Positions 1 to 9,572 of a stretch of DNA of 64,000 bases are shown here, piece by piece. The stretch lies in the NCBI RefSeq assembly GCF_016717175.1, contig NZ_JADKFZ010000004.1. One strand, written 5' to 3'. This DNA comes from Nannocystis sp. GTDB taxonomy: Bacteria; Myxococcota_A; Polyangia; Nannocystales; Nannocystaceae. Both the position numbers and the translations under genes were made by a program. The notes below the pieces were generated by a model. It had not been told where the DNA came from and searched no databases. It saw only the letters and a list, made by a program, of their open reading frames with translations. The first letter of the stretch is position 1. The number at the start of each line of letters is the position of its first letter.

Positions 1-164
1 GCGAGACCTCTTCCGGACATCCGGCTTCTCGAGCCTGCGCGGGCGCCCAGCCGGACCGCACCGGCCCGTGCGACGTCGTCCGCGCCGCCGATCGTTCGCA
101 ACCCCCATGTCGAGGTCCCAGCACCGTGCACGATCAACTGTGGCGAGTTAGCGCCACCGATCGT

Positions 165-1253
165 TCAGAGCCCATGTGTCGAGGAGCCGGTCCGCGGCTT
201 ACACACGAGCAAGGTGTGGCTCATGCCGAGCTCGTGGTGCTGGGCCTCGATCTCGAGGCCCGCCGCCTCGACGCAGGCGAGGAAGGTGGTCGATCGGTAC
301 ATCTGGCTGGTGCCGTTGGCGATCGCGGTGAAGTAGAGCGAGGTCATCTGCAGGCAGAAGCTGGCGGCCCGGAAGCGCTGCTGATCCCAGAAGGCCTCGA
401 GGATGTAGATCCGGCCGTGCTCGGGGATCGCGGCGGCGCAGCGGCGGAGGATCGCCACGATCTCGGCCTCGGAGAAGCAGTCGAGGAACTGGCTCATCCA
501 GATCGCGTCGAAGCCCGGCGGCACGGTGGTCGCGGGGTCGAGGAGGTCGGCGGGGTGGAAGCGGACGCGATCCAGGAGGCCCGCGCCGCGCAGCAGCTCC
601 TCGGCGTTGCGCAGCTGGCCGGGGAGGTCCATCAGCGTGACCTCGACCTCGGGGTCGTGGCGCAGGCAGGCGCGGGCCCACTTGCCGGTGTTGCCGCCGA
701 TGTCGAGCAGGCGCCGCGGCTTGCGGCGAAACACCAGCGGCAGGGTCGAGGCGAAGGCGCCGTCGGAGTAGAAGTGATCGAAGCCGAACCATGAGCGGCG
801 GATCGGCTCGGGCAGCTGGGCGAGGCCCTCGTAGACCGTGCGCCACTCGCCGAAGACCTTGAGCCCGGCGGGCGTGCCGGTGGCGACGGCCTCGCCGAGG
901 CTCGCCATGCCGAGGTAATTCACGTCGCGCGTGAAGTCCATGTTGGCGCGGGTCATCGGGTCGCGCAGGAGGAACACGCCGATCTTGGTGAGCTGGTAGC
1001 GGCCCTCGCTCTCCTTGACGACGCCGATGCCGAGGCCGGCCTCGAGCAGGACGCGGGTGCCGTAGATCGGCAGCTGCGCGGCGTCGGCGGCCTCGGCGAG
1101 GCTGAGGCCGTCGCGGCTGGCCTCGAGCGCGGCGAGGATGCCCCGGTCGCGCAGGACGCAGGCGGCCTGGAACACCATCGGGGCGAAGGCGATCCACTGC
1201 GCGCGCTCGAGGGCCTCGAGCGCGCTGATCGGTTTGTCGGCGGGCTGGTTCAT
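165..1253 (-). CDS. Class I SAM-dependent O-methyltransferase (COMT/plant-type OMT family with N-terminal dimerisation domain)
   Basis: 362-aa ORF; SAM-binding glycine motif LLDIGGNTGKWA, acidic loop DLPGQ, C-terminal substrate-binding region typical of OMT family 2; coherent GC3-rich frame; the overlapping ORFs 126-794(+) and 199-1767(-) are Arg/Pro-rich shadows. Confidence 0.8.
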   Translation of the reverse strand: MNQPADKPISALEALERAQWIAFAPMVFQAACVLRDRGILAALEASRDGLSLAEAADAAQLPIYGTRVLLEAGLGIGVVKESEGRYQLTKIGVFLLRDPMTRANMDFTRDVNYLGMASLGEAVATGTPAGLKVFGEWRTVYEGLAQLPEPIRRSWFGFDHFYSDGAFASTLPLVFRRKPRRLLDIGGNTGKWARACLRHDPEVEVTLMDLPGQLRNAEELLRGAGLLDRVRFHPADLLDPATTVPPGFDAIWMSQFLDCFSEAEIVAILRRCAAAIPEHGRIYILEAFWDQQRFRAASFCLQMTSLYFTAIANGTSQMYRSTTFLACVEAAGLEIEAQHHELGMSHTLLVCKPRTGSSTHGL

Positions 1254-1384
1254 GGCGAGCGGGCGCAGGATAACCGGAGGGCCACGTTTTCGCTGCCCCG
1301 CTGCGGGCCGGAGATCCGCGACGCAGCGGTCGCGCCCAGGAGCTGGCTCCGGCCGATCGCCTCACATGCCTGGGGCTGGCCGCA

Positions 1385-2176
1385 TCAGAGGCATCCGTGC
1401 GCCGGTTGCGGCGAGTCGACGCGGCAGGGCTGCACCGCGAACTCGACGCGGCGCTCCTCGGCCCGTCCGGGCGCTGCGCCGCCGCGGGCGAGCGGCAGCC
1501 CGTCGCCGAAGCCACGCGGGACCAGGCGCTCGCGGGCGACGCCGCGGCGCAGCAACTCCTCGACGACCTCTTCGGCCACGCGCTGGGTGATCTGCAGCGC
1601 GACCGCGGGGTCGCGCTGCGGATCGATGTGGGCGTCGACCCAGACGTGGATGTCGGGCGCCGCCTGCAGGGTCCGGGCGACGCTGTCGAGCAGCCTCGCG
1701 GCGTCGCGCGGGAGCTGGCCGCGGCGATCGAGGCGGAGGCGCTCCGAGATGCGGATCTGGCAGGCATCGACGCGGATGACGTCGGGGCAGCCGTCGAGGT
1801 CCTCGAAGCCGTCGAAGTCCTCGGGCAGGTTGCGGCAGTCGACCTCGTCGCCGCTCTCGCGCTTGCGATCGCAGTTGGTCCAGCGGCCGGCCCGAAGCTC
1901 GTGGGCGTCGGGGACGCTGTCGCCGTCGTTGTCGCGGTCGACGCAGCCGTCCTCGTCTTCGAATTGATCGCGGTCCTCGGGCTCGTCGGGGCAGCGGTCC
2001 TGGGCGTCGGGGACGCCGTCGGCGTCCCTGTCAGCGGGCCTGTCCGCGGGCTGCGAGGCGGGGGCGGGCAGGGCCGTGGGTGCAGGTGTCGTGGCTTCGA
2101 TCAGCGCCACCGGTGGTGTGGCGGGCGGCGTGGGCGTGCAGGCCACGAGCGCGGCCAGGATGGCGATGCGGCGCAC
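1385..2176 (-). CDS. OmpA-family lipoprotein with thrombospondin type-3 (TSP3) Ca-binding repeats
   Basis: N-terminal signal peptide + lipobox (ILAALVAC); multiple DxDxDGxxDxxDxCP repeats; C-terminal OmpA-like peptidoglycan-binding domain (RRVEFAV). Confidence 0.8.
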   Translation of the reverse strand: MRRIAILAALVACTPTPPATPPVALIEATTPAPTALPAPASQPADRPADRDADGVPDAQDRCPDEPEDRDQFEDEDGCVDRDNDGDSVPDAHELRAGRWTNCDRKRESGDEVDCRNLPEDFDGFEDLDGCPDVIRVDACQIRISERLRLDRRGQLPRDAARLLDSVARTLQAAPDIHVWVDAHIDPQRDPAVALQITQRVAEEVVEELLRRGVARERLVPRGFGDGLPLARGGAAPGRAEERRVEFAVQPCRVDSPQPAHGCL

Positions 2177-2188
2177 GGTCCGACGCTA

Positions 2189-3949
2189 TCACAGGCGCGG
2201 GGGCTCGCCCGCGTCGCGGTCCGCGACCCGGGTGCAGCGCCAGACGGCCTCGGCGACCGAGCTGGCGATCTGCAGCATCAAGGCCTGATCCCACTCGATG
2301 GAGCGGGCCACGTCGGCGGGCCCGGCGATGATGACGCCCAGGAACACGCCGCGGCTGTGCAGCGGCAACACTTCGGTCGTGCAGTCCGCGTGCTCGTCGG
2401 GTGACCATGACACGCCGCGTCCCGCCGCGAGCTCGCCGCGCTCGGCGTCGCTGAGCGCGAGCTCCAGCGGCTCATGGCTCACCAGGTCGCGCCAGCCCTC
2501 GCCGCTGCGCAGCGCGACGCGGGCGCTGGCGGCGTTGAAGCCGCCCTTGAAGGCGCGCTGGACACACCAGTCGATCTCGCTCCGGTCCCAGCAATCGACG
2601 AGGTTGCTGGCCGCCTCGGGGACCGCGCGCCTGGCTCGCACGTGCGTCGGCAAGACCAGGATGTCGACCAGCCCCCAGAGCGCGCGGCGTCGCGAGTAGG
2701 TCGTGATAGCGAGGGCCGCTGCTACCCCGAGCAGGACCGCCGGCGTGAAGGACGGGCGCAGCGACGGCGGCAGCAGCAGCGACGCGAGCAGGTGCGCCGC
2801 GGCCAGCAGCAGGGCCCAGCTCGCGGCGAGCAGGTTGACCAGCATCGCGGTCCGAACCCAGGCGACGAGATCGAAGCGCGAGCGCGGCGACAGCCCGTAG
2901 AGGATGCACAGCGGCAGCACCATGGTGGCGATCGGGAACACGACCGACGCGGAGAACTCGGCGGTGAAGGGCGAGACCCAGGGGATGACCGCGGGCAGGA
3001 GCGCGAGCGCGGGCAGCACCAGCGCCAGCGCCACCCAGCGGATCGCCGAGGCACGCCGCCGCGAGGCGCTCCGTCGCTCGCGCACGCGCATCGCCACGAG
3101 GCCGGCTCCGGCGAACAGCAGGTGCCCGATCGTGGCCGCGCCGGCGGGGATGTGCTCGTGCAGCGGCAGCCATGGGAGGTTGCCGACCGCGACGAACGCG
3201 GCCCAGCCGACGATGTAGGCGATGGCGAGGGCGCCGCGGATCTTGCCCTCCGGCAGCGACAGCGCCGCGGTAGCGAGCCCGAGCACCCCGAGGATGAGGG
3301 CGGCCGCGGCGACCGGCCGGTACCACGCCGGCGTGAAGCCGACGTCGAAGGCGCAGCCGAGCGTGGCCGCCAGCAGCGCGCCCGCGAGGGCGGGCGCCGC
3401 GGTCACGCGGGCGGGCGGGAGCAGCAGCAGCGCGCTCGCCAGCAGGACGTTGAGCGTCAGCAGCAGCGCGCCGAAGGCCTCGAGCGCCGCGACCAGCACG
3501 GCGCCGTGCTCGACGCCGCGGCGCGCGAGCGAGGCGACCACCGGGTGGGGGCGCAGCGTCACGATCGCCGCGTCGGGCTCGGCCGCGAGGCGGGGGCTCA
3601 CCCGGCCCTCGACGGTCCACCGCTGGCGCTCCGCGTGCGGCCGATCGCGGGGCGCGTAGGCGAGGCGCAGCAAGGTGTCGACGTCGGCGACCGCGACGCC
3701 GTCGATCGCCCGCAGCGTCGCGCCGACGAAGCGGCCGCAGCCGGTCGGCGCGTCGGCCTCGGACTCGGCCCAGTAGAGCCCGGCGACCCGCCAGCCGCCC
3801 TCGCTGGCCTCGAAGCGGCAGCCGCTCTCGAGCTGGCCGCGCCGACCGATGTCGACGACCCGCGCCGGCGCGGTCGCCACGAGCCCGGCCAGGCCGAGGC
3901 CGAGGCCGATCGCGAAGATCAGCCACGAGGCGACGCGCTGCGGCTTCAT
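2189..3949 (-). CDS. Polytopic membrane protein with N-terminal TM/periplasmic region and C-terminal cytoplasmic GAF-like sensor domain
   Basis: Start MKPQRVASWLIF (ATG 3949-3947) is in ATGA overlap with the stop of the upstream patatin gene (3946-3948); >8 predicted TM helices; C-terminal ~150 aa GAF-like; the upstream 495 aa of the ORF-track entry 2189-5461 are Arg-rich shadow of the patatin gene. Confidence 0.6.
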   Translation of the reverse strand: MKPQRVASWLIFAIGLGLGLAGLVATAPARVVDIGRRGQLESGCRFEASEGGWRVAGLYWAESEADAPTGCGRFVGATLRAIDGVAVADVDTLLRLAYAPRDRPHAERQRWTVEGRVSPRLAAEPDAAIVTLRPHPVVASLARRGVEHGAVLVAALEAFGALLLTLNVLLASALLLLPPARVTAAPALAGALLAATLGCAFDVGFTPAWYRPVAAAALILGVLGLATAALSLPEGKIRGALAIAYIVGWAAFVAVGNLPWLPLHEHIPAGAATIGHLLFAGAGLVAMRVRERRSASRRRASAIRWVALALVLPALALLPAVIPWVSPFTAEFSASVVFPIATMVLPLCILYGLSPRSRFDLVAWVRTAMLVNLLAASWALLLAAAHLLASLLLPPSLRPSFTPAVLLGVAAALAITTYSRRRALWGLVDILVLPTHVRARRAVPEAASNLVDCWDRSEIDWCVQRAFKGGFNAASARVALRSGEGWRDLVSHEPLELALSDAERGELAAGRGVSWSPDEHADCTTEVLPLHSRGVFLGVIIAGPADVARSIEWDQALMLQIASSVAEAVWRCTRVADRDAGEPPRL

Positions 3950-6126
3950 GCCGACCGCTCCCTGGCATCCCCGAGCCAGGCGTGCAGCCACGGGATCAGC
4001 CCCGCGATCACGCCGACCCCCAGCCCCTCGATCACCGGGACCTGGAAGACCACGCTCGGCAGCGCCGTGCCGACGAGCGCGCCGAGCAGCGCGAGCGCGA
4101 CGCTGATGCGAACGCGTCCGGCCCGCTCGGCGCGCCGTCGCCGGGTCTCGCCCTCCCACAGCGGGACCTCCATGCGCGGCAGCGGGGTCGACAGCGAGGT
4201 CAGGCCGAAGCGGGCGAGGAACTCCGGGTCGTCGGCGCGGCGCTCGAAGGCCTCCATCGTGGCGTTGTAGCCGAGCGCGACCAGCTCGGTCAGTGCGGCG
4301 AAGTCGACCACGCCGTAGCCGGCGACGGCCGGCGCGATGTAGACGTCGGCGCCGCGTCGGTTCTCCTCGCCCATGCCCGACACGCACATGGTCTGGGCCA
4401 CCACGGCGCCGAGGTTCGGCGTCTTGCGGCGGGACAGCAGGGGATGCAGCCCCGCGACCACCATGTCGAGGTTGGTCGGCAGGTCGAGGACATCGTCGCC
4501 GACCATCTGCTCGTCCGCGCCGCCGACGTCGACGAGGATGCAGGGCCCGCGGCTCAGCTGGCGCATCACGGCGACCGGCGTGTTGTTGACGACGCCGCCG
4601 TCGACCAGCACCTTGCCGCGGATGTGGATCGGTGGCAGCACGGCCGGCAAGGAGGTCGTCGCGCGCACCGCCTTCCACGCGCGTCCGCGGCGATGGACGA
4701 CCATCTTGCCGGTGACGAGGTCGCACGAGACGGCGAACCACGGCAGCCAGAGGTCCTCGATATCGGTGTCGCCGAACAGCCACTTCGCCGGGCGATCGAC
4801 GGCGTCGCGCTGCAGCAGCGAGCCGTAGGGGATGTCGAAGGCCTGGAAGGGCGCGAGCGTGACGAAGGCGTGGTCGGAGTCCCGGGCCATGCGCGCCGGG
4901 TCGCGGCCCGCGGCGACCATGCACGCGACGCCGCCGCCCGCGCTGGTCCCACCGCTGAGGTCGATCGGCACGCCGAGCTCGCGCAGCGCCTTGACCACGC
5001 CGATGTGGGCGCTGCCGCGGGCTCCGCCGCCGCCGAGCACGAGCCCGATCGCCCGCCCGGTGAGGTGCCTGGCGAGCCGCTCGACGTGGGCGAGCTCGGA
5101 GCTGCGGACATGGAAGACGGACTCGAGGGTGGGGCGATAGGCCAGCCATTCGCGGGTCCCGGCCGGCTCCTGGGTGTCGTCCGCCTCGAGCAGCACGAGC
5201 ATGACGCTGCGGCCGGACGCGGCCATCGCGGCGATCGCCGCCTGCTCCGCCGGGCCGGGCCTCGGGTCGCCGCCCGCGCGGGCCACGACCAGCACGTGAT
5301 CGGCGTTGCGGACGGCGCGGGCGGTCCACGACGAGCCGCCGCGCTCCGCCTCGAGGAACACGAAGCGGTGGCTCCGCTCCTGCGCGCCGAGCCAGCGCGC
5401 GAAGCCCCGATCGGTCTCCGTCCACGCGTCGATGTCGTCGCCGAGCACGCCCTGTCCGCACTGGGCGTCGACCTCGGACATGGGCAGCCAGGTCACTGGA
5501 TCGCGGCGTCCGATCGCGGCGCGCAGCTGCTCGGCGAACTCCGCGAGCGGCACATCATCGCCGGCGGCGACGACCACGAAATTCTCGCTCTTCGGGGCGA
5601 ACGCCGGGGCCTGAGCGCCCGGCACATATCGCAGGAGCGAGCGCGCGAGGTTGCGCCAGAGCAAGGGATGCTCCGCGGCGCATTGGAGGAATGCGCCGAC
5701 CGCGATTGCACCGACCTCGCTGTCGCGCATCGCCTCGACGTCGCCGCTGTGCCGGCCGCTGCCCTGGAGCTCGACGTCGCCGAGGACCTCGCCCACGCCC
5801 GCGTCCTCGACCACCGCGCGCCGCCCGGTCTCACGCAAGACCTCGCCCCACAGCCGCAGCCGGCCGGCGACGACCCACAGTAGGTGCGTGCACGCGTCGC
5901 CCTTGCGGGCGATCGTCGTCTGCCCGGGCACGTAGCACCATTCGACGCGGGCCAGGAACGCGGCGACGGCCGCGGGCGGGAGCCCGTCGAGCAGCGCACA
6001 TCCGGCGATCGATCGGTCGATATCCTCCGTCGAGGGCGCGACGGTCGACGGCCGCAGGGCAGGGTAGACCATGAGGATACGCGGAGGACCGCGACGATAT
6101 CGTGGGCGCCTGGCGCTGGCAAGCAC
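3946..6126 (-). CDS. Cyclic-nucleotide-binding domain + patatin-like phospholipase (NTE-like architecture)
   Basis: N-terminal cNMP-binding fold (..VPGQTTIARKGDACTHLLWVVAGRLRL..); patatin oxyanion-hole/GxSxG motifs GLVLGGGGARGSAHIGVVKAL and GGTSAGGGVA, catalytic Asp in DGGVVNN; start ambiguous (GTG 6126 or ATG 6072 MVYP). Confidence 0.8.
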   Translation of the reverse strand: MLASARRPRYRRGPPRILMVYPALRPSTVAPSTEDIDRSIAGCALLDGLPPAAVAAFLARVEWCYVPGQTTIARKGDACTHLLWVVAGRLRLWGEVLRETGRRAVVEDAGVGEVLGDVELQGSGRHSGDVEAMRDSEVGAIAVGAFLQCAAEHPLLWRNLARSLLRYVPGAQAPAFAPKSENFVVVAAGDDVPLAEFAEQLRAAIGRRDPVTWLPMSEVDAQCGQGVLGDDIDAWTETDRGFARWLGAQERSHRFVFLEAERGGSSWTARAVRNADHVLVVARAGGDPRPGPAEQAAIAAMAASGRSVMLVLLEADDTQEPAGTREWLAYRPTLESVFHVRSSELAHVERLARHLTGRAIGLVLGGGGARGSAHIGVVKALRELGVPIDLSGGTSAGGGVACMVAAGRDPARMARDSDHAFVTLAPFQAFDIPYGSLLQRDAVDRPAKWLFGDTDIEDLWLPWFAVSCDLVTGKMVVHRRGRAWKAVRATTSLPAVLPPIHIRGKVLVDGGVVNNTPVAVMRQLSRGPCILVDVGGADEQMVGDDVLDLPTNLDMVVAGLHPLLSRRKTPNLGAVVAQTMCVSGMGEENRRGADVYIAPAVAGYGVVDFAALTELVALGYNATMEAFERRADDPEFLARFGLTSLSTPLPRMEVPLWEGETRRRRAERAGRVRISVALALLGALVGTALPSVVFQVPVIEGLGVGVIAGLIPWLHAWLGDARERSA

Positions 6127-6269
6127 GGCGCCCGCGAGATTCGACGCTGGCGATATCGTCGGACTGCGCCGCCGAGTGCCCGCCTGGAATCGTAGTTTGC
6201 GCGTGAATGTGCGCCCTCATCCAGCCCCCGTGAGCGCAAAGGGACGCGGTTCTTCGCTACGATGCGCCG

Positions 6270-7049
6270 ATGCGTGAGACCGCGGTCCACCGCGCCTTCG
6301 CGGCGCTGCCCGCCAACGTCGGCTGGCTGGTCCTGCTCGCGGTCTTCACGGGCGCCGCGGCGCTGACCGGCTTCAACCCGATATGGGGGAACATCCCCGT
6401 CAACATCGTGCTCTCGGCGGTCGTGCTCGTCGCGTGCAGGATGGTGTTCTTCGAGCGGCTCAAGCTCTCGACCCTGATCGTGATGCGGCTCCTCGTCGTG
6501 CTCGCCGTGCTCTCGGTGATCCCCGGCGATCTCTTCATCAAGATCCTGTTCGGCTTCCTCGTGGTCAATATCCTCGAGGCGACCCTCACCGACCTGCGCA
6601 AGGGCAAGAACCGCTTGAACTTCGTGACCGGCCTGGCGCTGGCCGGCGCGGTGGCGGTGTTCCGGGGCCGCTGGAACGGCACCTATTACGTCGTCGAGAC
6701 CCCCGGCTTTGTCCCCTGGATCGTCGCCTATACTCTGTGGAACTGGCTGTTCGTGACCCGGGAGTTCGGCCCCGCGATCGCGCGGATGCACCTGGCCGTG
6801 CTGGCCGCGCCGATCGTGGGCTGCCTGGCTCTCCTGCACCCGGGCCTGTGGCTGCTGTTTCGCGGCAACAGCCTGATCACCGCGGGCCTGGTCCAGATCT
6901 CGAGCAAGGAGTTCGTCGAGGGCTACTTCGCCAGCGACCGCTTCGCCCGCTTCGTCGCCCGGGTGCAGGCGACGTCGGTGCAGGCCGCGCTGATGGTCGT
7001 CAATGTCGCTCTGGCCCTGGTGCCGGTGTACTACTATTACTGGCGCTGA
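6270..7049 (+). CDS. Hypothetical integral membrane protein (6-7 TM)
   Basis: Hydrophobic helices with Phe/Ile/Asn/Lys usage atypical of shadow ORFs; the opposite-strand ORF 5493-6839 is a His/Arg/Asp-rich shadow. Confidence 0.55.
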   Translation: MRETAVHRAFAALPANVGWLVLLAVFTGAAALTGFNPIWGNIPVNIVLSAVVLVACRMVFFERLKLSTLIVMRLLVVLAVLSVIPGDLFIKILFGFLVVNILEATLTDLRKGKNRLNFVTGLALAGAVAVFRGRWNGTYYVVETPGFVPWIVAYTLWNWLFVTREFGPAIARMHLAVLAAPIVGCLALLHPGLWLLFRGNSLITAGLVQISSKEFVEGYFASDRFARFVARVQATSVQAALMVVNVALALVPVYYYYWR

Positions 7050-7650
7050 GCTCGCTCGGGGCCGCGAGGCGGGCGAGCGCCACCACCACCGCGATCGGGA
7101 CCAGCACGAGCCACGGCCAGGCCCCCGGCCCGCGCTTCGGGTAGCGCAGGCGCGAGGGCATCAGCGCCGCGGCGATCGCCGCCAGCCACGGCGCGAGCGA
7201 CGGGGCGAGGACGACGGCGACGAGCACCGCCGACGCCGCGGCTGGCGTCGGGACGCCGCGGAACGCCGGGCCCCAGCGCGTCGCGGCGAGCTCGTCCCCG
7301 TCGTACCGGGCGAGCCGCCACACGGCCGTCAGCACATACGCGAGCGCGACCGCCAGCGCTGCGGGCGAGCCGTCCGCGGCGCGCACCAGCATCACGGCGG
7401 GCAGCGCCGCGAAGGCCAGCAGGTCGGCGAGCGAGTCGAGTCGGGCGCCCAGCTCGGAGCTGGTCCCGAGCCGGCGCGCGAGCGGCCCGTCGAGGCGATC
7501 GAGGAGCAGCGAGAGGGCCACGCAGCTGACCATCGCCGCGTCGGTCGCGGCCGCGCTCCACCCGAGCTGGGGTGCGCACAATCCGAGCGCCGCGGACGCG
7601 ACCGACATCAGCGTCAATAGATTGGCGGGGTTGGCCGGAGAATGGCTCAT
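7000..7650 (-). CDS. CDP-alcohol phosphatidyltransferase family protein (PgsA/PssA-like)
   Basis: Exact family signature DGPLARRLGTSSELGARLDSLAD (D-G-x2-A-R-x8-G-x3-D-x3-D); multi-TM; 3' end overlaps convergent gene 6270-7049 by 50 bp. Confidence 0.75.
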   Translation of the reverse strand: MSHSPANPANLLTLMSVASAALGLCAPQLGWSAAATDAAMVSCVALSLLLDRLDGPLARRLGTSSELGARLDSLADLLAFAALPAVMLVRAADGSPAALAVALAYVLTAVWRLARYDGDELAATRWGPAFRGVPTPAAASAVLVAVVLAPSLAPWLAAIAAALMPSRLRYPKRGPGAWPWLVLVPIAVVVALARLAAPSELSASNSSTPAPGPERH

Positions 7651-7965
7651 GGGACAGGTCTAACGCGGGCCGTGGTGAAAGCACAGCGCGCCCCGGATGC
7701 GGTCGAGGAAGCGCAGAACGCCCGCACGAGGGCCGCTGCCCGCACGAGCCCGCGGCGCGGCATGGACGGGAACAGGTGGTGCTCGATCCCGGCCATTTGC
7801 ATGCGCATCCGTGAGCTCGTCGCGGAGTCACGGGATATCGCGAGGCCGGCGAGGCCGCGCACCTTCGCACCGCGGCATGAGATATGGTGCGCCCCGGACA
7901 TGCATCCGTGGCCCCGGAGAGATGGGCCCGGGCCCGTCGTGTACGTCATCGAGAGGGAGCCATTC

Positions 7966-8496
7966 ATGAGTCGTCATTCGAAGTCGTTGCCCAAGCTGTT
8001 CTCCAGCGAATTCGCCAAGCTGCACGGGATCCCCGGGCAGGGCCTCGACGAGGGTCAGGTGCGCATGGGATTGAAGGCGATCCTCGTGATCGCGGGCGCC
8101 GGGAAGAAGCTGTCGGCGAAGACGATGGCGTGGCTGCGCGACGAGCTCAGCGACATCGGCACGCCCGAGGCGGTGATCGACGCCATCGCGGCCTTCGACT
8201 ACAGCAACACCACGCTCGAGCAGATCGCCGCGCCCAAGCCGCTGAACTCGATCCCCGGCGGGCTGGCCAGGAACGTGCTGTTCCGGGCGATCCGCACCGC
8301 CCAGGTCGACGGCTACTCCGACGCCGAGCGGGCCTCGGTCGCGGCCGCGGCCCAGAAGTTCGGGATCCCGGCGAAGGCCGTCAAGGAGCTCGAGGAGCAC
8401 GCCGCCGCCTGGCAGGACGTGGACAAGCAGGACAGCCCCGATCCCGCCGCGCTGCAGACGATGCGCAAGAAGCGTCAGGCGCTGCTGTCGGCCTGA
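7966..8496 (+). CDS. Hypothetical helical protein (possible TerB-like fold)
   Basis: ATG 7966 preceded by GAGAGGGAG Shine-Dalgarno; 176 aa; ORF-track entry 7642-8496 is over-extended upstream; immediately precedes cdsA. Confidence 0.55.
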   Translation: MSRHSKSLPKLFSSEFAKLHGIPGQGLDEGQVRMGLKAILVIAGAGKKLSAKTMAWLRDELSDIGTPEAVIDAIAAFDYSNTTLEQIAAPKPLNSIPGGLARNVLFRAIRTAQVDGYSDAERASVAAAAQKFGIPAKAVKELEEHAAAWQDVDKQDSPDPAALQTMRKKRQALLSA

Positions 8497-8538
8497 GGCG
8501 CGTGAATTCGTGGTCGGGCCCGGAGTGCCACCATTCCC

Positions 8539-9495
8539 GTGAGCGCGTCGATCCTCGCCGCGGCGATCACCGGGTCGCCGCGCCTCCTCCAGCTGGTGTT
8601 GACGGTCTACGCCGTCATCGCCGTGTTCAGCGTGCTGTCGCTCGTCCACCCGCGGCTGCGACGGCCGGAGGGCCGCGCCGTCCGCCACGCGATCAACTCC
8701 TGGTGGCCGCCAGCGCTGATCGGCGGCGCCGCGGTGCTGCTCGGGCCCGCGGTCGCCGTGCTGATCTTCGTCGCGGTCAGCACCTGGGCGCTGGCCGAGT
8801 ACCTGCGCTTCCTGCCCGCGTCCGATCGCACGCCCGACGTGGTCGCGCTGGCGCTGCTGCTCGGGCCGCTGCACTTCGCGGCGCTCGCGGCCGGGCAGGT
8901 CGCGCTCGCCGAGGGCGGCGTGCTGCTGCTGGGCGGCTTCGTCGTGCTCCCGCTGCTCCGCGCGCTGCGTCACGGCCCCGCGGGCCTGCTCGCCGGCGCG
9001 GCGCGGGTCGGGCTCGGCGTCGTGCTCACCGCCTTCAGCCTCGGGCACGTGGCCCGGCTCTGCCTCCTGCCCGCCAGCGTCGGAGCGGCCGGCGGCGCGG
9101 GCCTGGCGGCGCTGCTGCTGATCTGCGTCATGGTCAGCGACGCGGCCCAGTACGTCGCGGGCAAGCTCGCGGGACGGCACGCGCTGGCCCCGGTGCTGAG
9201 CCCGCGGAAGACCTGGGAGGGGCTCGCGGGCGGCGTGCTGATGACGGGGGTGGTGGGCGCGCTGGCGGCTCCGCTGGCGACGTCGTTGTCACGCCCGATC
9301 GGTGCGGCCGTCGGGGTGGCCCTCGCGCTCGTCGGCCTGCTCGGCGACCTCCTGGTCTCGGCGATCAAGCGCGACGTGGGCGTGAAGGACAGCGGCGCCG
9401 TGCTGCCCGGTCAGGGCGGCGTGCTCGATCGCTGTGACAGCCTGATCCTCGCCGCGCCCCTCTACTACCACGCGGTCCAGGCGTGGCTGCTGTGA
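8539..9495 (+). CDS. cdsA: Phosphatidate cytidylyltransferase (CDP-diglyceride synthase)
   Basis: CdsA signature SPRKTWEG....GDLLVSAIKRDVGVKDSGAVLPGQGGVLDRCDSL; 8 TM; GTG start. Confidence 0.85.
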   Translation: MSASILAAAITGSPRLLQLVLTVYAVIAVFSVLSLVHPRLRRPEGRAVRHAINSWWPPALIGGAAVLLGPAVAVLIFVAVSTWALAEYLRFLPASDRTPDVVALALLLGPLHFAALAAGQVALAEGGVLLLGGFVVLPLLRALRHGPAGLLAGAARVGLGVVLTAFSLGHVARLCLLPASVGAAGGAGLAALLLICVMVSDAAQYVAGKLAGRHALAPVLSPRKTWEGLAGGVLMTGVVGALAAPLATSLSRPIGAAVGVALALVGLLGDLLVSAIKRDVGVKDSGAVLPGQGGVLDRCDSLILAAPLYYHAVQAWLL

Positions 9496-9572
9496 TCGGT
9501 CGCTGCGATCCGGGGGCCGCGAGCAGGGGTGGTTGAGCCGGCGCGCGCGCGCGGGTAGAGTCGCGGCTGCGC

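Noticed and set aside
88-185. Two imperfect ~38-bp direct repeats (ccgatcgttcRnnccCatgtStcgagg) downstream of the O-methyltransferase gene
   Set aside because: They are short and degenerate and lie at the window edge. They could be a REP-like or terminator element, but there is too little evidence to call.
3950-5461. N-terminal 495 aa of ORF 2189-5461(-)
   Set aside because: It is a shadow of the patatin gene. The membrane/GAF protein starts at ATG 3949 (MKPQRV) in ATGA overlap with the patatin stop.
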